Below, piece after piece: positions 62,449 through 64,000 of a stretch of 64,000 nucleotides of DNA. The stretch's first letter is position 1. Every line of letters begins with the position of its first letter. The DNA is taken from the NCBI GenBank assembly GCA_902526045.1, contig CABZJI010000001.1, positions 26,482 to 90,481 on the forward strand. The letters are read 5' to 3'. The DNA is from an uncultured SAR86 cluster bacterium (GTDB taxonomy: Bacteria; Pseudomonadota; Gammaproteobacteria; Magnimaribacterales; AG-339-G14). The notes beneath the pieces are model-generated. The model was not told where the DNA came from. It saw only the letters and a list, made by a program, of their open reading frames with translations, and made no database searches. The position numbers were made by a program, and so were the translations under genes.

Positions 62449-62569
62449 ATAATTATGAGCGTGAATAATTTATTCACTTTAGAGATCAAATATGTCATAT
62501 TTTCTTTGATTGCCTTGCAAAACTAGCTTAAAAAAAAGGAAATTTATACAGGATTTTTAGGGGGAAAGA

Positions 62570-64000
62570 ATGTTTAAAATTTTACTAATTGTAACAACAA
62601 TAGTTTTCATAGGCTGTTCCGACTCTCTCAAACAAACAAAAGACTTTTCAGAAGAGGCAGACTTAAGCAAGAGAGAGAAAGCCAGACCCGCTTACAGCGA
62701 AAATAGAAACGTTTTTTTTGGTGATCTTCATGTGCACACCAAACATTCGTTTGACGCCTATATTTTTGGCACAACCGCAACTCCAGACGATGCTTATCGA
62801 TTTGCTCGCGGAGAGTCCATTAAGCATCCATTGGGCTTTGATCAACAATTACAAGAACCCTTAGATTTTTTTGCTGTTACCGATCATGGTTTTTTTATGG
62901 GCATGGTCCCAGGATGGGCTGAAGTTGGATCCAAAGCCTCTAAACTTCCTGGTGCAGATCACTTTCACGATCTTAATGCTATTGAGAATGTAAATATAGA
63001 CTCGATTCCGCAAAGGGTTGGTGCTTTTAGAAATATGGTTAGAACTCTGGCAGATTATGATTTAGTTGGAGCAATCAATGCTTGGCGAACAAATAATTTA
63101 TCCCAAGCGAGTGATATGTATGATCATCAAACGCATTTAGCTGCTTGGGCGGATGTAGCTCGTTCTGCTGAGGAAAATTATGAACCAGGAGAATTAACAA
63201 CTTTTATTGCTTATGAATATACATCTTCAATGGCAAATTCCGAAAACCTTCACAGGAACGTAATTTTTGAAGGATCAAACGTGCCGACCAGGCCATTTTC
63301 TCGAATTGATTCAATCAATCCTGAAGACTTATGGACTTGGATGGATATGCTCAGAGACCAAAAAGGAATCGATAGTATAGCTATCCCCCATAATAGTAAT
63401 GGCTCAAATGGACAAATGTTTGAAGATGAAAAATGGAACGGTGACGTTGTTGATAAAGATTACGCAGATTTCAGGATGCGAAATGAACCTCTAGTAGAGG
63501 TGACTCAAGTTAAAGGAACTTCAGAAACTCATCCTCTTCTTTCACCTAATGATGAGTGGGCTAATTTTGAAATCTTTCCTTCGAGAATTGGCCAAAATAT
63601 TTACTCCATTCCTTACGGGGGTTACGTCAGAGATGCCTATCTCCGTGGCATGCTTGCAGAGTGGGAAGGCAAGGGTAATCCCTATAAATTTGGTCTGGTA
63701 GGAGCCAGCGATACGCATACAGCTGCCTCTTCGTACGATGAATCAAACTATTGGTCAAAAGTCGGTCTGCTTGATGGTGAAACTTTCCTGAGAGGATCAA
63801 CCACCCTTGCTAAGGAAGATATTGATCAGATTACTTCATCAGTAAACACACAAGGTCTCTATCGATTCGTCGAACAAGACGATGAATATTTCCTTGATAC
63901 CTTCTACTCCCGCTGGGGAGCATCTGGAATCGCAGCAGTTTGGGCTGAAGAAAATACCAGAGAGTCTATTTTTGCTGGCTTCAGAAGAAAGGAAACCTAC
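62570..64000 (+). CDS. DUF3604 (PHP-like) lipoprotein, partial, runs off window
   Basis: Hand translation MFKILLIVTTIVFIGCSD..VFFGDLHVHTKHSFDAY..LDFFAVTDH..IPHNSNGS..EVTQVKG. Confidence 0.85.
   Translation, partial: MFKILLIVTTIVFIGCSDSLKQTKDFSEEADLSKREKARPAYSENRNVFFGDLHVHTKHSFDAYIFGTTATPDDAYRFARGESIKHPLGFDQQLQEPLDFFAVTDHGFFMGMVPGWAEVGSKASKLPGADHFHDLNAIENVNIDSIPQRVGAFRNMVRTLADYDLVGAINAWRTNNLSQASDMYDHQTHLAAWADVARSAEENYEPGELTTFIAYEYTSSMANSENLHRNVIFEGSNVPTRPFSRIDSINPEDLWTWMDMLRDQKGIDSIAIPHNSNGSNGQMFEDEKWNGDVVDKDYADFRMRNEPLVEVTQVKGTSETHPLLSPNDEWANFEIFPSRIGQNIYSIPYGGYVRDAYLRGMLAEWEGKGNPYKFGLVGASDTHTAASSYDESNYWSKVGLLDGETFLRGSTTLAKEDIDQITSSVNTQGLYRFVEQDDEYFLDTFYSRWGASGIAAVWAEENTRESIFAGFRRKETY

Overview
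AT-rich, densely packed chromosomal window of a gammaproteobacterium. Gene order is Pseudomonas/Cellvibrionales-like and intergenic spacers are tiny, suggesting a streamlined marine lineage such as SAR86 (inference only). About 1-45 kb is mostly core genes: ssrS-zapA, pepP, miaB-ybeZ-ybeY-corC, orn, ubiE-ubiB-hisE-tatABC-sppA, tkt-pgk-fba, metK-ahcY-argH-lptM-lysA-dapF-xerC, tRNA-Arg, hflX, cytochrome c4-dsbA, engB, polA, dsbB. Small inserts interrupt it: katG-oxyR, a TSUP transporter plus Tat-exported aminotransferase, a pseudoazurin/cytochrome c5 pair and a RipABC-like CoA pathway. About 45.6-64 kb is accessory: a RAPP-motif leader gene before a His-repeat ZnuD-like TonB receptor, an Nmad3-like gene, MazG-like and SRAP genes, five secreted duplicated-domain proteins of unknown function, selO and a partial DUF3604 gene. 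Best leads: (1) a candidate metal-sensing ribosome-arrest leader for the TonB receptor; (2) a candidate sigmaE-driven sRNA between polA and engB that is complementary to SD-AUG-AAA-AAA initiation regions; (3) a cytochrome c5 N-terminus joined to pseudoazurin, with the heme domain as a separate gene; (4) the cluster of five secreted proteins. No rRNA, CRISPR array, transposase or prophage was seen. Family calls come from motif recognition, not database searches.
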